A stretch of DNA of 32,000 bases, taken from the NCBI RefSeq assembly GCF_037013405.1, contig NZ_CP146064.1, forward strand, positions 300,001-332,000, read 5' to 3'. Below, in pieces: positions 23,618-31,059 of this stretch; positions within the stretch are counted from its first letter, which is position 1, and each line of letters starts with the position of its first letter. A program made the translations under genes and the position numbers. Source of the stretch: Candidatus Nanosynbacter sp. BB002 (GTDB taxonomy: Bacteria > Patescibacteriota > Saccharimonadia > Saccharimonadales > Saccharimonadaceae). A model generated the notes under the pieces. That model was not told where the DNA came from. It was given only the letters and a program-made list of their open reading frames with translations, and did not search any database.

Positions 23618-25093
23618 TTATAATTCCTCCAAATTCACTTCTTCGCCACCGCCCATCATAGCAGCGATTTCTGCCAATTTTTCGTCTTCAGGTGGTTTCT
23701 TCTCTCCAATTATATCAACTTCCAGTTCCATTCCCGTCTCTGCGGTGATGATTTCTGCCAGCAATGGTCGATTTTTTGCATCATCCAGCTTTTTCTTGTA
23801 AAACGCACTACCAGCAAAAATAGTTAGTTTATCTCCGTCAAACGCCCACTGACTTTTTTGGAGCAGTGACGACAGGCCGACTGATTTTTCCTTGGCCTGC
23901 TCGATTACCTTTTGCCAGTCCAGCTCTAGTGGCGCACCAGATTTACGTGATTTTGTAGGCGATTTTTTGGTTGATTGGGCTGGTTTGGCGTCTTGGTTTT
24001 CGGACGTTTTTTTCACTGGCTCAGTTGGTTTGGTGCTCTGGCTTTTTGGTGGCTTTTCTGCTGACGACGCTGGCTTGGCTGGTGTCGAAATGACGGTTGG
24101 CGTTACTGTGACAGCTTGGGCAACTGTCTTCTTCGGCCTGTCTGGCTGAGTGTGATGTTGCATGAAAATAGTCAATAATTTCAGGTCTGGGTGCGGGTGG
24201 CGATCAACCTCGATGAGCTGCTGGATGAGTTCAACAAGGCTTGGGTTTGTGCGCAGTCTGGCGCGAGCGATTGACAATAATTGATGTGATACCACAGTTG
24301 GACTGATACCACTTTGTTCCAACTCTTGCAGAATATTAAGGATATCAGCGCTGTCCTCTGATTGATATAAATCAAGCAGCTTCTCCAGCGTGGCTGCGTC
24401 GCTTAAGCCTAAGTATTCAGTAACCATGGCGACGGTCAGTGGCTGGTCGGGCGTGGCCAAAATTGATAATTGATCGAGCATGCTGATGCTGTCGCGGAAC
24501 CCACCGTGCGAGCGCTCAGCGATTAGCCGAGCAGCGTCCGCCTCGATGGCAAAGCCCTCTTTCTCGGCGATAGTCATCAGCTGGCGCGCCATGACGTCAA
24601 CTGAGATGGGGTGAAAGAAAAATTGCTGGACGCGGCTGAGAATGGTGGCAGGCAGCTTGTCGGCGTCGGTGGTGGCGAGGATGAATACTACGTGTGCTGG
24701 CGGCTCCTCCAGCGTCTTTAACAGTGCGTTGAAGGCAGGTTTGGACAGCATGTGGACTTCGTCGATGATGTAGATTTTTTTCGGCGCGGAAACCGGCGCG
24801 ACTTGCGCTTTTTCGCGTAATGCCCGAATATCGTCGACACCGTTATTGCTGGCGGCATCAATCTCAATGATATCCAGGTGTGAGGCTTCCTTGTCGTATG
24901 GCAACTGATTGATCTCATGCGCCAAAATGCGCGCTACGCTGGTTTTGCCCACGCCGCGCGGACCCGTCAGCAAATACGCATGGGCGATTTTCCCCTGCTC
25001 CAGCGCTCGGCGCAAAATGTTGGTCACGTGATCTTGCCCCAACACCTCGTCCAAGCTACGACTGCGATATTTGCGGTACAGTGCCTGACTCAT
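23618..25093 (-). CDS. dnaX: DNA polymerase III subunit tau/gamma (DnaX), lacking the Cys4 zinc module
   Basis: YRKYRSRSLDEVLGQDHV, GPRGVGKTS, IIDEVHMLS, LKTLEEPP and SRV sensor. The segment between the P-loop helix and IEIDAAS is short (HEINQLPYDKEASHLD) and has no Cys. TATAAT (25103-25108) lies 9 nt upstream of the ATG. Confidence 0.95.
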   Translation of the reverse strand: MSQALYRKYRSRSLDEVLGQDHVTNILRRALEQGKIAHAYLLTGPRGVGKTSVARILAHEINQLPYDKEASHLDIIEIDAASNNGVDDIRALREKAQVAPVSAPKKIYIIDEVHMLSKPAFNALLKTLEEPPAHVVFILATTDADKLPATILSRVQQFFFHPISVDVMARQLMTIAEKEGFAIEADAARLIAERSHGGFRDSISMLDQLSILATPDQPLTVAMVTEYLGLSDAATLEKLLDLYQSEDSADILNILQELEQSGISPTVVSHQLLSIARARLRTNPSLVELIQQLIEVDRHPHPDLKLLTIFMQHHTQPDRPKKTVAQAVTVTPTVISTPAKPASSAEKPPKSQSTKPTEPVKKTSENQDAKPAQSTKKSPTKSRKSGAPLELDWQKVIEQAKEKSVGLSSLLQKSQWAFDGDKLTIFAGSAFYKKKLDDAKNRPLLAEIITAETGMELEVDIIGEKKPPEDEKLAEIAAMMGGGEEVNLEEL

Positions 25094-25135
25094 TACTTAT
25101 GTATTATAGCGCAAAGTGCAGGATTAGTAAGCTCT

Positions 25136-25886
25136 TTAGCGGTCAGAAATGGGAACTTCTTCGCCGCTTTCTAAAATCATGGTCTTTCTTGGCCAGAGTT
25201 CTATTGGTCTGTCAACATACGGCAAGTCAGTCGCTTCTGCAATGGCTCGCATGGCCATGTCTATCGGTGCACGTAGAGCCTGACGTCGAGATTCGTGGTC
25301 TGTCGAAGCGGTATAATCTCTATACGCTGCTACATAGTCAACGGGGTCACACAGAGTAACGTGGATTTGCTCATCTTGCGGTATGTATGCATCCAGATCA
25401 GTAGGCCACGGCTTGTAGTGAATTCCTACTGGCAATAGGTTGGGTTTCACCCCCCCCTATGCTTGCTCCAAATAAAATTCGCGATGCGCCCGTTCGGCCT
25501 TTGGTAACTTGAGCATCACCGGTATATGCGCCCTCTGGAAAGATGAGTAGTGAGCGTCCGTCAAGCAATGCTTGTCTGGCCATTTTGAGTCCGACTTCTA
25601 AATATTCTTTGCCACCGTGCACCTCGAGCGGTATGGTGTGTAGTGCTTTTTCTATTACTAGTCGCCGCACTGCCGTGCCCACAGAGCTATTTTTATACGC
25701 CAATCGCGAACTAATGACAACGTCACAATCCTCCGGTAGGCTTGCTGGTATAGCAAAGATATCACGCATGCAAGCATGATTTGCTACGAATACATTCGGG
25801 CCTTCTGGTATGTCGTCAAAGCCGTGAGTGGTAATGGCCATTTCCCGACCTATAGTCTGTAAGAGCGGTTTCTTTCCCCTGCTCAT
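25136..25886 (-). pseudogene. PlsC/AGPAT-type acyltransferase split into two overlapping ORFs by a frameshift in a G8 tract
   Basis: The upstream ORF carries motif I NHACMRD and motif III FPEGAYTG. The downstream ORF continues in the +1 frame with the expected motif IV-like NLLPVGIHY. With G7 instead of G8 the sequence would read ...GASIGGVKPNLLPVGIHY... as one ~250-aa protein. Confidence 0.65.
25450..25457 (-). repeat. Homopolymeric G8 (C8 on the plus strand) at the frameshift point
   Basis: Direct reading: tttca-cccccccc-tatg. Confidence 0.9.
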
Positions 25887-26476
25887 GCCTGCCTCGCTTT
25901 CAAAGCTTGCTTAACAGCGCGCGCCACTAAGCGATGCCCTTTTGCTGAAAAATGAATACCATCAGATAGTGGTATGAACGGCAGCTCAATGTACTCACCA
26001 AGCGAATCTTTATCTCTCAAGATTTCTTGTCGTATTTCTTCTGATTGTTCCGTAAACTCTGGGCCAGAGTCTTCACCAGTTGAAAATGCTGGCGGCAAGA
26101 GGTATATGACGTCGGCGCTGTCAGCCAGTTTTTGATAATCCGTCAAATCGTGAATGATAGCTTGCGCCGTCCTACCGTATTGCTGTTGTAAATCGTTAGT
26201 GCCAAGGGCGATGATGACGATGTCCACATTGCTCGCCTGTTGCAAAGCTTCTGCAAACGTATGTTTACCATTTTTGTACGGCTTTGCCTTACAAAAATCT
26301 CCCGCTACGCGACCTGACAGCCCGTCGGCGATGATATGCACTTTGCCTCGCAGTTCTCGCTTCAGGCGGTTAACCCACCGGTCACTGTATCGCACTCGTG
26401 ATCCAACGAAACTGTCTCCCCAAACATTAGAATCGCCATAAATAAAAACCCTTTTGCTTGCGTGGTTGCTACTCAT
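25883..26476 (-). CDS. SGNH/GDSL-family hydrolase
   Basis: Block I FIYGDSNVWGD, block III GTNDL and block V DGIHFS. Its stop overlaps the acyltransferase start (ATGA). GGAG SD and TGgTATAAT at 26497-26505. Confidence 0.85.
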   Translation of the reverse strand: MSSNHASKRVFIYGDSNVWGDSFVGSRVRYSDRWVNRLKRELRGKVHIIADGLSGRVAGDFCKAKPYKNGKHTFAEALQQASNVDIVIIALGTNDLQQQYGRTAQAIIHDLTDYQKLADSADVIYLLPPAFSTGEDSGPEFTEQSEEIRQEILRDKDSLGEYIELPFIPLSDGIHFSAKGHRLVARAVKQALKARQA

Positions 26477-26512
26477 ACATAAACTCCGTTTTTCATATTA
26501 TACCATGTTTTG

Positions 26513-27385
26513 TCAAAATAGCGTCAGTTGCGTGTTAGGTATCTCAAGGTCAACCGTACCTTGCGCTGTTTGTGCCCGATGCCCGATGCACTTTTTCAGG
26601 CTATACGCCAGTAGTTGCCCGTCATATTCAGTGATGAGCACTGAGCCAATGACGCTAACAACCGTGCCAGCCAAAACCTTATTCCCTGTCATATCAATCA
26701 CACTGCTGAAGTCTCGACCCTCAGTATGAAAATAATCGTCGCACATAATGAGCGTTCGGCTTGGAAAATCCAGCCCCAGCTTTTGTTGGATACGCACCAA
26801 TGCGTCAGCTAGGGCTTGTTCCGCCGTTGCAGTATCGAGCGGCTGCTTGATCAGCCCCAGTTTTTTGCTGGCAGCCACCGTCTCCATGATGCCATTCAGA
26901 CTGGCAATTTTCGCCTCATATTGCCGGGCGATCAACGCCGAAGCGAACGTCTCCAGTTTCAATGCCACGCGTGCCCCCTGTTCTAGCGGCCGCCGAATAC
27001 CGCGCGCTTCCTGCGAAATGCCGACCTTGATCACCTCTGGTGAAAAATACGCCAAATACAAAAAATGTGGATTTTGATTAATCTTTTCCTGCTGTGCCGA
27101 CACTGAATCAGCGTGGTAAAACGCTGGATTGAAACCGGTGCGATTGCGACACTTCAAACAATTTTCATATTTCTCATCAACCGTGGCGCCGTCAGGACAA
27201 GCCTGGCTGCAGTGATTGGCAAAATCCAGCCAGCCGGTGCAATATTTGGTGGAAAAGTCAAACTCCAGTGACAACTCCTGCCCCAAAACATCACCACGCT
27301 CAGCCCTACCATCAACCTGCCATTCCAGAAACGGCCGATTTTCAGCGTCAAAGCTGGCGTAGCTTAGTAAGAACTCCTCAGGCAT
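26513..27385 (-). CDS. Cys-cluster protein, DUF2797-like (function unknown)
   Basis: 290 aa with YCTGW...HCSQACP...CLKC, then FLYLAYFSPEVIKVGIS...RRPLEQGA. The family assignment is from memory and tentative. TGaTATAAT (27392-27400) lies 6 nt upstream of the ATG. Confidence 0.55.
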   Translation of the reverse strand: MPEEFLLSYASFDAENRPFLEWQVDGRAERGDVLGQELSLEFDFSTKYCTGWLDFANHCSQACPDGATVDEKYENCLKCRNRTGFNPAFYHADSVSAQQEKINQNPHFLYLAYFSPEVIKVGISQEARGIRRPLEQGARVALKLETFASALIARQYEAKIASLNGIMETVAASKKLGLIKQPLDTATAEQALADALVRIQQKLGLDFPSRTLIMCDDYFHTEGRDFSSVIDMTGNKVLAGTVVSVIGSVLITEYDGQLLAYSLKKCIGHRAQTAQGTVDLEIPNTQLTLF

Positions 27386-27399
27386 AGCACAATTATATC

Positions 27400-27427
27400 A
27401 AAAACCGCCCGGCAACTGCGCGGACGG
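27400..27427 (-). terminator. Intrinsic terminator after the 27448-27963 gene
   Basis: Imperfect GC-rich hairpin ccgcccggc/gcgcggacgg (27405-27427), followed on the minus strand by T5. Confidence 0.45.
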
Positions 27428-27447
27428 TTTCAAATGTCAAAAATGTT

Positions 27448-27963
27448 TTACAGTGCTGCTTCAACAGCTGCCCACGTAGCGTCAGGATTGTCCTCTGGCA
27501 CAATGATGGTGACTTGGTCTCCAATGTTGATGCGGAAGAACGTGACGCTGGCGAGTAAAATGCGATACTCGCGGCCGTTAGCCTCGACGTAGTAGACGCC
27601 GTCGTGTTGCACCAGTGTACCGATGACTTGCTTGCGCGCCACTGGGCCGATTTGCTTGTAGATGAAGCTGCCGTCATCAGCAATGGTTAATTTCAAAATA
27701 TCGCCTTCAACAAGCTTTGATTTTGAAGCGTAGTTGGCTGGGATTGGGTAGTTCTTGCCGTCTGGGCCGAGCATGGTCTGACCGTCAAACACACCTTCGA
27801 CAACCTTGCCGGTTACGTCTTCGGTGGAAGTTTTTGGCGTGACAACTTGACCGTCATCACCGATGATACTGATCAATAGCTCTTTTGCTGCTGCCAAATT
27901 GGTTTCTGCCTCTTGTATCAATGAGCGAAGCCGCTTTACTTGTTTTTCTGGTAATTCAGACAT
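27448..27963 (-). CDS. Hypothetical protein (N-terminal helix plus two beta-rich segments)
   Basis: ORF with the ATG at 27963 (MSELPEKQVKRL...). The TTG at 28038 is the longest alternative. A TTGACC-N17-TATATA promoter-like element lies upstream. No recognised domain. Confidence 0.55.
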   Translation of the reverse strand: MSELPEKQVKRLRSLIQEAETNLAAAKELLISIIGDDGQVVTPKTSTEDVTGKVVEGVFDGQTMLGPDGKNYPIPANYASKSKLVEGDILKLTIADDGSFIYKQIGPVARKQVIGTLVQHDGVYYVEANGREYRILLASVTFFRINIGDQVTIIVPEDNPDATWAAVEAAL

Positions 27964-28120
27964 AGTGATTCTCGCATTTCCCTGTCTATTTTTGATAGTT
28001 CTCGTTCTATATATAGCATAGGAAAAAGGTTCGGTCAAGGCTTACATAAGCAAGTTATTTCAGATTTCCACAGCATTTTAAGGGGTACTTGCAAAACTGT
28101 TGCAAATTTTACCCTTGCAA

Positions 28121-28150
28121 TCAAAATACCGCCCATGGTATAGGGCGGCA
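28121..28150 (-). terminator. Intrinsic terminator after rplL
   Basis: Stem ccgccc (28129-28134) / gggcgg (28143-28148), followed on the minus strand by tattttgatt. Confidence 0.6.
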
Positions 28151-28192
28151 TAATGATTTCGAAAACAAATTGGCGTCATGTTCAGAATGAAA

Positions 28193-28570
28193 TTAGCTGA
28201 GCTCAACGCTAGCGCCAGCGTCTTCCAAAGTCTTCTTTGCAGCTTCAGCTTCGTCTTTTGAAACTTTTTCTTTGACTGGTGCTGGTGCGCCGTCAACGAT
28301 AGCTTTAGCTTCACCCAGACCCAAGCCGGTGATTTCTTTAACAGCCTTGATGACTGCAACTTTCTGAGCACCTGCGTCTTTCAAGGTGACGGTGAACTCA
28401 GTTTTTTCGTCAGCCGCAGCAGCGTCACCGCCAGCAGCTGGACCAGCAACAGCGACAGCTGCAGCAGCTGGCTCGATGCCGTATTCTTCTTTCAAGTGAT
28501 TTTTCAATTCGTTAACTTCCAGAACTGTCAACTTGGTCAGTTCTTCAGCCAATTTCTTAATATCAGCCAT
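28193..28570 (-). CDS. rplL: 50S ribosomal protein L7/L12
   Basis: [23 protein letters not shown], an Ala/Gly hinge, and [34 protein letters not shown]. Confidence 0.97.
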   Translation of the reverse strand: MADIKKLAEELTKLTVLEVNELKNHLKEEYGIEPAAAAVAVAGPAAGGDAAAADEKTEFTVTLKDAGAQKVAVIKAVKEITGLGLGEAKAIVDGAPAPVKEKVSKDEAEAAKKTLEDAGASVELS

Positions 28571-28606
28571 GATATATCTCCTTAGATTATTAATTGATTG
28601 CTAAAC

Positions 28607-29131
28607 TTAAGCCGTAGCTTTGGCTTCGATGCCGTCCAAAAGACCATGCAAATTGCCGCCCAGCGCGCCCACGGTGTCGTGGACTGGTGAGAGCAATTGT
28701 GCCACCACTTCGGCGACAAGCTGGTCTTTGCTTGGTAGACCCGCCAATGCTTTGATGTCAGCTTCATTGATGCTGAGGCCTTCACCTGAGAAACCACCAG
28801 CCAACTGCAGTGCTGGATGCGTCTTTGCAAACGTGTCCAAAACTTTCGCTGGCATGACCTCGTCTTCGGCACTGATGGCGTAGACCAATTGGCCAACCAG
28901 GAGGTCGGTATCGGTTTCTTTGTAGGTGTCGACGCCCTCTAGTGCTACGCGCACCAAGCGGTTTTTAACCACCTTGATGACGACGTTTGCCTCGCGAGCA
29001 GCCTTGCGCAGCTCTTGTAGTTCAGCCACGCTCAGACCCTGGTACCGCGCAAATGCCGTACCTTTGGCGTCTTTTAGAAGCTCTGTTAGTTCAGCAACCA
29101 AAGTTTGTTTTTTATCGCGTGAAATTGCCAT
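28607..29131 (-). CDS. rplJ: 50S ribosomal protein L10
   Basis: MAISRDKKQTLVAELTELLKDAKGTAFARYQGLSVAELQELRK is typical L10, and the gene lies immediately upstream of rplL. Confidence 0.95.
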   Translation of the reverse strand: MAISRDKKQTLVAELTELLKDAKGTAFARYQGLSVAELQELRKAAREANVVIKVVKNRLVRVALEGVDTYKETDTDLLVGQLVYAISAEDEVMPAKVLDTFAKTHPALQLAGGFSGEGLSINEADIKALAGLPSKDQLVAEVVAQLLSPVHDTVGALGGNLHGLLDGIEAKATA

Positions 29132-29373
29132 AAAAATCCTTTCTTTGATTGAGTTAATTTCATTCTTTTCGCCAATTTGTTAACGTGCGGTAATGGAGAA
29201 TCAAAAAGACGTCTTTGATTCTCGCACTACCAAAGACGTCAAATAAAACTGTTCGTTTCATCCCTCGGCGGCATGTTTACATCTGTTTGTTATGCAGATC
29301 GCCGCTGTCTTTGGTAATGTTCCTTACCATTGTAGCAGAAATGACAACGAAATGCAACAGGTATATTATATCA
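29132..29373 (-). promoter_or_regulatory. rplJ promoter (TGaTATAAT at 29365-29373) plus a ~225-nt structured leader (L10-leader candidate)
   Basis: A long untranslated leader contains a near-perfect hairpin at 29196-29223, a second copy of caaagacgtc at 29231-29240 and a hairpin ggtaa-ggaaca-ttacc. The position matches the known L10(L12)4 autoregulatory leader. Confidence 0.5.
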
Positions 29374-29409
29374 AACCAAAGAGAAAGCCCGCTCCGTGGT
29401 GGAGCGGGC
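29374..29409 (-). terminator. Intrinsic terminator (second of two) downstream of the adhesin gene
   Basis: Stem gcccgctcc (29387-29395) / ggagcgggc (29401-29409) with loop gtggt, followed on the minus strand by tttctctttggtt. Confidence 0.65.
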
Positions 29410-29444
29410 GGCGAACCTCCCTTCTCTCTGTATCTCATTCTCCT

Positions 29445-29485
29445 CACCGAGGGATGCTAGCCATGATGACTAGCATCCCTCGGTG
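29445..29485 (-). terminator. 16-bp perfect hairpin 5 nt after the adhesin stop codon, with no U-tract
   Basis: caccgagggatgctag (29445-29460) / ctagcatccctcggtg (29470-29485) with a 9-nt loop. Confidence 0.55.
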
Positions 29486-29490
29486 GTATG

Positions 29491-30930
29491 TCACTCCTCG
29501 CGCGAGGAGCGACGCCGCCGGGCTTCGACGAAACCGCCAAAGCCCAGTCCTACGATAACCAGACCTGCTGATAGTTTAATCAGCAGGTCACCGTTGGTGC
29601 CGGTGTGCGCCAGTCCCCCACCTGGCCGCCCGTGCGGCGGCTGGGCGGGGGGCGCGACGACCTCCTGGCCCCTTGTTGGGGTCGGGGAGGCGGCCGGCGC
29701 AGTCGCCGAAGGCGTGGCCTTCGGTGTCGGCGTGACCGTTGCTGACGCGCTGGGCGTCGGCGACGGTTCCGGCGTTGCACTTGGCGACGGTTCCGGAGTC
29801 GGGCTCGGCTCCGGGGTCGGTGTTGTGCTCGGTGATGGCGTCGGCTCCGGTGACGGCGTCACCGACGGAGTCGGGCTCGGGGTCGGCGTCGGAGTTGACT
29901 CCGGTGTCGGCGACGGTGACGGCTCCGGCTTCAGGAGGTAGCTTGCGCCACCTCCTGATTCTGCCCTCCGCACGGTGGCGGAGGCATCCCAGGAGCGATC
30001 CTGGGATGTGATAGTCGCACTGTCTGTCCACGGACCGGGGTCCGTGGGGTCAACGTGGAGATAGAACTCCACGCGTGCCTTCTCACCCTCGTTTAGAGTG
30101 AGTTTCATCGTCAATACAGTGGAGGAGCACTCCATTGTATCGACTGTCGTGCGATGAGTGTATAGGGGTCTACCCCATACACTCGCTTCTCTGTAAGTTC
30201 CTGCTTGCGACAGCACGGTGTTGCTGTCGCAAGAGAAAACTTGGCCCTGAGACGTGAGTTCATCCCTCAGGATGAACTCTTGGGCGTCCGTGGTAGCGGT
30301 CGGGGTTACTAACGTAACCTCGACCAATGAGGGGTCATTCGGGTGAACGACACCCCATTTCGAGGCTCCAGGCCCGGGCTGGCTGCAGCCCGGACACTCC
30401 CCCACGTGGATCTCAGTCCGGCGGGTTTGACCGCCGATCTCCCACAGGAGGTCCCGGGTTTCCCCGGGAACGAGCGTGTCGTCAATGTCGACGCGCCACC
30501 AGCCATACGCCTCGAAGGCGTAATGGTTGGCCACCTCAACGGCATCGGTCAGTGTGATACTGACCTTACCGCCTTTGTAGACGGCGTGAGCGATAATCTC
30601 GCCATTTTCGGTGGCGAGATTGATGGGGGTACCGTAATCCCCCAGTTCCGCCGGTGGTGTGAAGGTGATGCTATCACCTTCACAATGACCCTCCTCGAGG
30701 GCCAAGCCAAACCCGAATTCCACGGACTTGTAGGCCGCGAAATCTTTACCGTCCATGGTGCGGATGTACTCCGCGCTGATTTCCCCCGCCGAGATCGGCC
30801 GGGGAGTGCACGACGACGTTGCTGCCGTCGTGTCGGGGCTCTCGGGGACAGCAGCTGCCACCCCCGAGAACCCGAAGACCATAGCTAGCAGCGCAAACAG
30901 CGCTGCTAGCCCACGTTTCTTCATGGGCAT
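29491..30930 (-). CDS. LAxTG-anchored surface protein, probable Ig-fold (MSCRAMM/Cna-like) adhesin, encoded by a high-GC gene
   Basis: AGGAG sits 8 nt before ATG 30930. Signal peptide MPMKKRGLAALFALLAMVFGFSGVAAA; a ~300-aa beta-rich region (GDSITFTPPAEL...GEIIAHAVYKGGKVSITLTD); a ~95-aa PSPTP-type linker; LAHTG, a hydrophobic segment and RRRR at the C-terminus. The 35 codons upstream of ATG 30930 in the tracked ORF are rejected. Confidence 0.85.
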   Translation of the reverse strand: MPMKKRGLAALFALLAMVFGFSGVAAAVPESPDTTAATSSCTPRPISAGEISAEYIRTMDGKDFAAYKSVEFGFGLALEEGHCEGDSITFTPPAELGDYGTPINLATENGEIIAHAVYKGGKVSITLTDAVEVANHYAFEAYGWWRVDIDDTLVPGETRDLLWEIGGQTRRTEIHVGECPGCSQPGPGASKWGVVHPNDPSLVEVTLVTPTATTDAQEFILRDELTSQGQVFSCDSNTVLSQAGTYREASVWGRPLYTHRTTVDTMECSSTVLTMKLTLNEGEKARVEFYLHVDPTDPGPWTDSATITSQDRSWDASATVRRAESGGGASYLLKPEPSPSPTPESTPTPTPSPTPSVTPSPEPTPSPSTTPTPEPSPTPEPSPSATPEPSPTPSASATVTPTPKATPSATAPAASPTPTRGQEVVAPPAQPPHGRPGGGLAHTGTNGDLLIKLSAGLVIVGLGFGGFVEARRRRSSREE

Positions 30931-31059
30931 GGGAAATCTCCTATGATAGGGAGTTGGAATGGATACAGATGTTAAAGTACATTTCGGTTCGCGTCCAGCT
31001 GGGCTGGAACAGCGAATCAAAAATGACTCTAGCACATCCGTATCCCACTGGGCTTTACT

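Noticed and set aside
23853-23859. An A6G run (caaaaaagt on the coding strand) in dnaX, considered as a programmed -1 frameshift site for a gamma subunit.
   Set aside because: In the dnaX frame the codons are caa-aaa-agt, so the A-AAA-AAG heptamer is out of phase. The site lies near residue ~420 of 491, and I see no downstream stem-loop or upstream SD-like enhancer.
29494-29509. A perfect 16-nt palindrome ctcctcgcgcgaggag at the very end of the adhesin gene, considered as a recombination or insertion scar.
   Set aside because: It lies inside the coding sequence for the basic/acidic tail (RRSSREE). It has no partner at the other end of the insert, and no direct repeats flank the insert.
29483-30031. 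A Gly/Val-rich plus-strand ORF (29483-29941) and Arg/Pro-rich minus-strand ORFs (29580-29780, 29588-30031) overlap the adhesin linker. Analogous ORFs (13711-14058, 13853-14119) overlap the response-regulator tail.
   Set aside because: They are alternative or antisense readings of Pro-codon-rich repeats (CCG/CCC give GGC/GGG). The adhesin and regulator frames carry the signal peptide, sorting signal and receiver domain.
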